Part shown: one piece after another, positions 61,201 to 64,000 of the stretch | How the letters are laid out: every line of letters begins with the position of its first letter | How positions within the stretch are numbered: position 1 is the first letter of the stretch | Origin: Bugula neritina | Lineage: Eukaryota > Animalia > Bryozoa | Reading direction: 5' to 3' | Assembly: GCA_964035545.1 (NCBI GenBank) | Contig: OZ037765.1 | Span: 4,598,698-4,662,697, forward strand | DNA: 64,000 nt | The notes under the pieces: generated by a model | What the model saw: the letters and a program-made list of their open reading frames with translations, nothing else | What the model was told of the DNA's origin: nothing | Database searches by the model: none | Position numbers and translations under genes: made by a program

Positions 61201-63423
61201 ATTTTGAAAGTTCGAAAAGATTTAGCAGATTTTCAAGGAAGTTGAAACTGGTAAATTTGAAATGCAGAATTCTAACTTGTTTTTATATAATAGCATAAGT
61301 TCTAGGATAACTTGGTAGCATGTCTGGTTATAAAATGATAAGCCCATGCTAAGCAAATATCTGCACCCACCAGTGTCAGGAATAACAAAATAAAAACTAA
61401 GCACAAGCCAATAACAAAATATGAATTTTGAAAGAAATGCATTCTAGTGCAAATATTTGTTGCTTGTAAATGTATCAAAATATTTTATTCCTATTATAGT
61501 GTTGCTTTTTATAATAATGTACAGAAATGCATCTATTCCATACAAATAAATATTAGATAAATTTATTATATAAAAACACACATTATATAATATATTAATA
61601 ATACAGAACACTCACCGATGCTTGATCACTCTGATAGGTATCTACAATAAAATAAAGATGGTGTTAAAAGCATTATTAATGCAATTTCTTGTCACATAAC
61701 CTGAATTCAGATTGCTGGAGTCTCTAAGTTTCAGAAGGAGCCTTGTACCAACTCCCATTCTGTTTTTTTGAAATTTGACTTTAGAATAAAAGCAACTCGA
61801 AAATTGCCAAAGCTTTACAGAGCAAGCTCAATATTCCTGCTTGAAATTTCTAGCTGCTTTGCTCTTTAGATGATAACTCTTGTTTCTATTGGATAATTTA
61901 CTGCCAATTTGTCAATAATGAGTTACACAAGATGCATGGAGTACAATATTATATAATACTTCAGATTGTTGAAACTGCTTAAATGCTTGAAATATATCTA
62001 TTATGAACAATTTTAGCAATTCTATGTGACTTTATTTTATAATAAATTTGCTTCCCTTGTAATTGAAATCAAAATTTAAAACTGATATAAAGCACTTTCT
62101 CAACGTTTCAAAATTTCGTATAACTTGATTGATCTCAAATGCTCAAAATTTGCTCTATTTTTGTACATCACAGCCTAACAATAGAGAACTGATAAAACAG
62201 AACAACTAGCCTACATGTTGTCATTTGCTGCATTAAAAATATAGCATAAAAATTTGGTATGTGCAGTAATGGAAAAATTGAACAAAGCATGTCTTTTGAA
62301 TAAGAAATGTAGCAAAAAAAGTCATTTTCTCTGGGAAATTTTAACAAGCACCCAAATCGAGGTTTTTAAGAAAAGTTCTCCTTTGTACTGCACCTAAATA
62401 GGCGAACTAATCTCCCTTTACTCAAACTACTTTTTTACCCCCTTCCTCTAAAGAGTTCAGTGGTAAAAAGCTGCTCATTATAAACTCATTATTTCATCAG
62501 TTGCTGAGAAAACTGGTTGGCAGCATTTTCAGACTAAACTCTTTCCCAAAACTTGACATAAATAACTCTCACTGCAGCTTTAGCTTGGGGTTTAGAGTCT
62601 AGCTAATATTAGGATTTTCTTAATTCAGCATTTAAAGCTAAAAGCTTGAACTAAGAATTATTTGCACTGAACAAGCTAACGGCAGTTTTGGTGTAAACAA
62701 CAATAATAACACAAGAAACTGTCAACAACTGAATTATAGAAATATATTATTCTATTTACTTTACAAATATAGTAGAAGGCCGTAGATAAGTTTCAATTAT
62801 TAGTATGCCATAATTGTTACATAATTTAATATTGACAATTTAGTAATTAGCAATCTATGACAAGAAATGTGAGAATTATCTCCTAATATTTTAAATAACA
62901 AAGTCGTGTCACTTTGTACTAATACAATGTTGCTTTTCTGTGGAGTAACTCATTCAACACTGAAGACCCTGATTTCAGATAGTTGGTAATTCACATAACG
63001 ACAACAACATACACTTCCTCCCAACCGCAATGTTGAGAGAGCAAGACCTTTCAGTAGATAAGTAAATAATAACTTGATGTTTGTAATAACATTACCAACC
63101 AGTGGAATGTTGCCTTTATTGCTGTCAAAACAAATTTTAGCATACTTGAGCCAACCATCACCAGTTGATGATTATTCAAGAGCCTAACTATAAAGCAGAT
63201 AACTAAAATCTGAAATTTCCATTAGAGTGAAGTTCACAATGGTAGTAGTCACTCTGAGCACTGCGATGGTGGCTTTCAAGTTAGTAATTGGGGCTTCGTT
63301 GTTAAAAGTTTGAGAAAATATTACTAATAGAAATAAATTACCTTGATGTGTGGGTACTGCAGCAGTATAGGTGATTAGTGCTAAAAGGACGACACAGCTA
63401 GTCTTAGTCCCTGAAACTCTCAT
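49228..63423 (-). CDS. Fibrillar collagen alpha chain (signal peptide, 337 Gly-X-Y triplets, COLFI C-propeptide), 26 exons, about 1319 aa
   Basis: Exons 5' to 3': 63423-63342, 61641-61616, 59959-59894, 57682-57457, 57297-57164, 57044-56855, 56650-56445, 56327-56138, 55948-55869, 55785-55623, 55502-55360, 55193-55049, 54490-54284, 54156-53969, 53845-53710, 53514-53291, 53019-52858, 52530-52350, 52088-51972, 51862-51729, 51335-51182, 51078-50896, 50713-50596, 50357-50216, 49831-49613, 49371-49228(TAA). Phases are consistent throughout (3960 nt). Helix starts GPMGARG; COLFI motifs [43 protein letters not shown]. The three 5' exons are less certain than the rest. Confidence 0.93.
51468..51645 (+). 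mobile_element. Degenerate copy of the same tRNA-derived SINE-like family, in a collagen intron
   Basis: TTCAAACCCCGGCAGGGCATTGGCCATATTATGAAGGGCGTATAGTCCTAAATT aligns with the reverse complement of about 6508-6560. Confidence 0.5.
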
Positions 63424-64000
63424 CTTGCGATAAGGATGGAGTTTATAGCCTCCCTTAATGCATAAATATACAAATTAAAGAGTTCTACCAGTCCAGTGGG
63501 CTTACAGCCCCTTTCAGTTGTTGACTTTCTACCCGGTAAACAGCCCACAGAAGCTAGCTAAGGTGGTCTCGCAGCAACTTCTACACCAGGAGTCGACTAC
63601 TTGCCAGTAAAAGACAAGAAAACGAGTCCTTTTGGGTGTCAAGACCTGTCTCAATCTAGCTTCACTTAGATAACAATAAAGTTAACTGAGCTACAGAAAC
63701 CTACGCGGCCTTTGCAGCTTTATGCAAAAAATTTCCTCTGAAATTGAAGCCAGCCAATGGCAGCATTGTTCGTTTATGTTACCTAGATTAATTTCCTATC
63801 CTTGTCAGCTAGGTATTTACTTTTTACATATGTAGACCAGGATAATTAGCACCCAGTCCGAGAGAGGTATTGTTTCAGCTCAGTGTCGTGCCCAATCAAA
63901 GAATAGCTAAATTTTTTCAATTACTCTCAGACTCTGTGCACCAATGAAAGAACAAAAACACATGTATCTCATTTTCTGACAAATTATGTACCTGCAGTTT

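Noticed and set aside
63440-63480. Collagen TATA box
   Set aside because: TATAAA-like words lie only 20-50 nt from the ATG in AT-rich DNA and cannot be distinguished from background.

Overview
AT-rich, intron-dense metazoan (invertebrate-type) genomic DNA; the supplied ORF track mostly captures single exons. There are two blocks. (1) 1-47.8 kb: a head-to-tail array of five SLCO/OATP organic anion transporter genes (SLCO4A1-like) on the + strand. Copy 1 is the divergent one, with its first coding exon outside the window. Copy 2 has lost one canonical splice acceptor, copy 3 has an in-frame TGA in the OATP signature, and copies 4 and 5 look intact. An orphan relic of copy 1 lies between copies 2 and 3, and some exons are homogenised between paralogues in a way that suggests gene conversion. 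(2) 49.2-63.4 kb: a convergent 26-exon fibrillar collagen gene on the - strand (about 1319 aa, 337 uninterrupted Gly-X-Y triplets). It has essentially no N-propeptide, lacks one lysine cross-link pair and lacks both inter-chain cysteines of the C-propeptide. The most unusual non-coding signal is that three independent minisatellites (46, 43 and 52 bp units) are each built from a 3' splice site plus the first 20-25 nt of the following exon, giving stacks of up to about 20 decoy acceptors. Also present: a TA-flanked MITE family that seeds tandem repeats, a large degenerate inverted repeat upstream of copies 2 and 3, tRNA-derived SINE fragments and microsatellites. All exon boundaries were read by eye and need RNA-seq confirmation.
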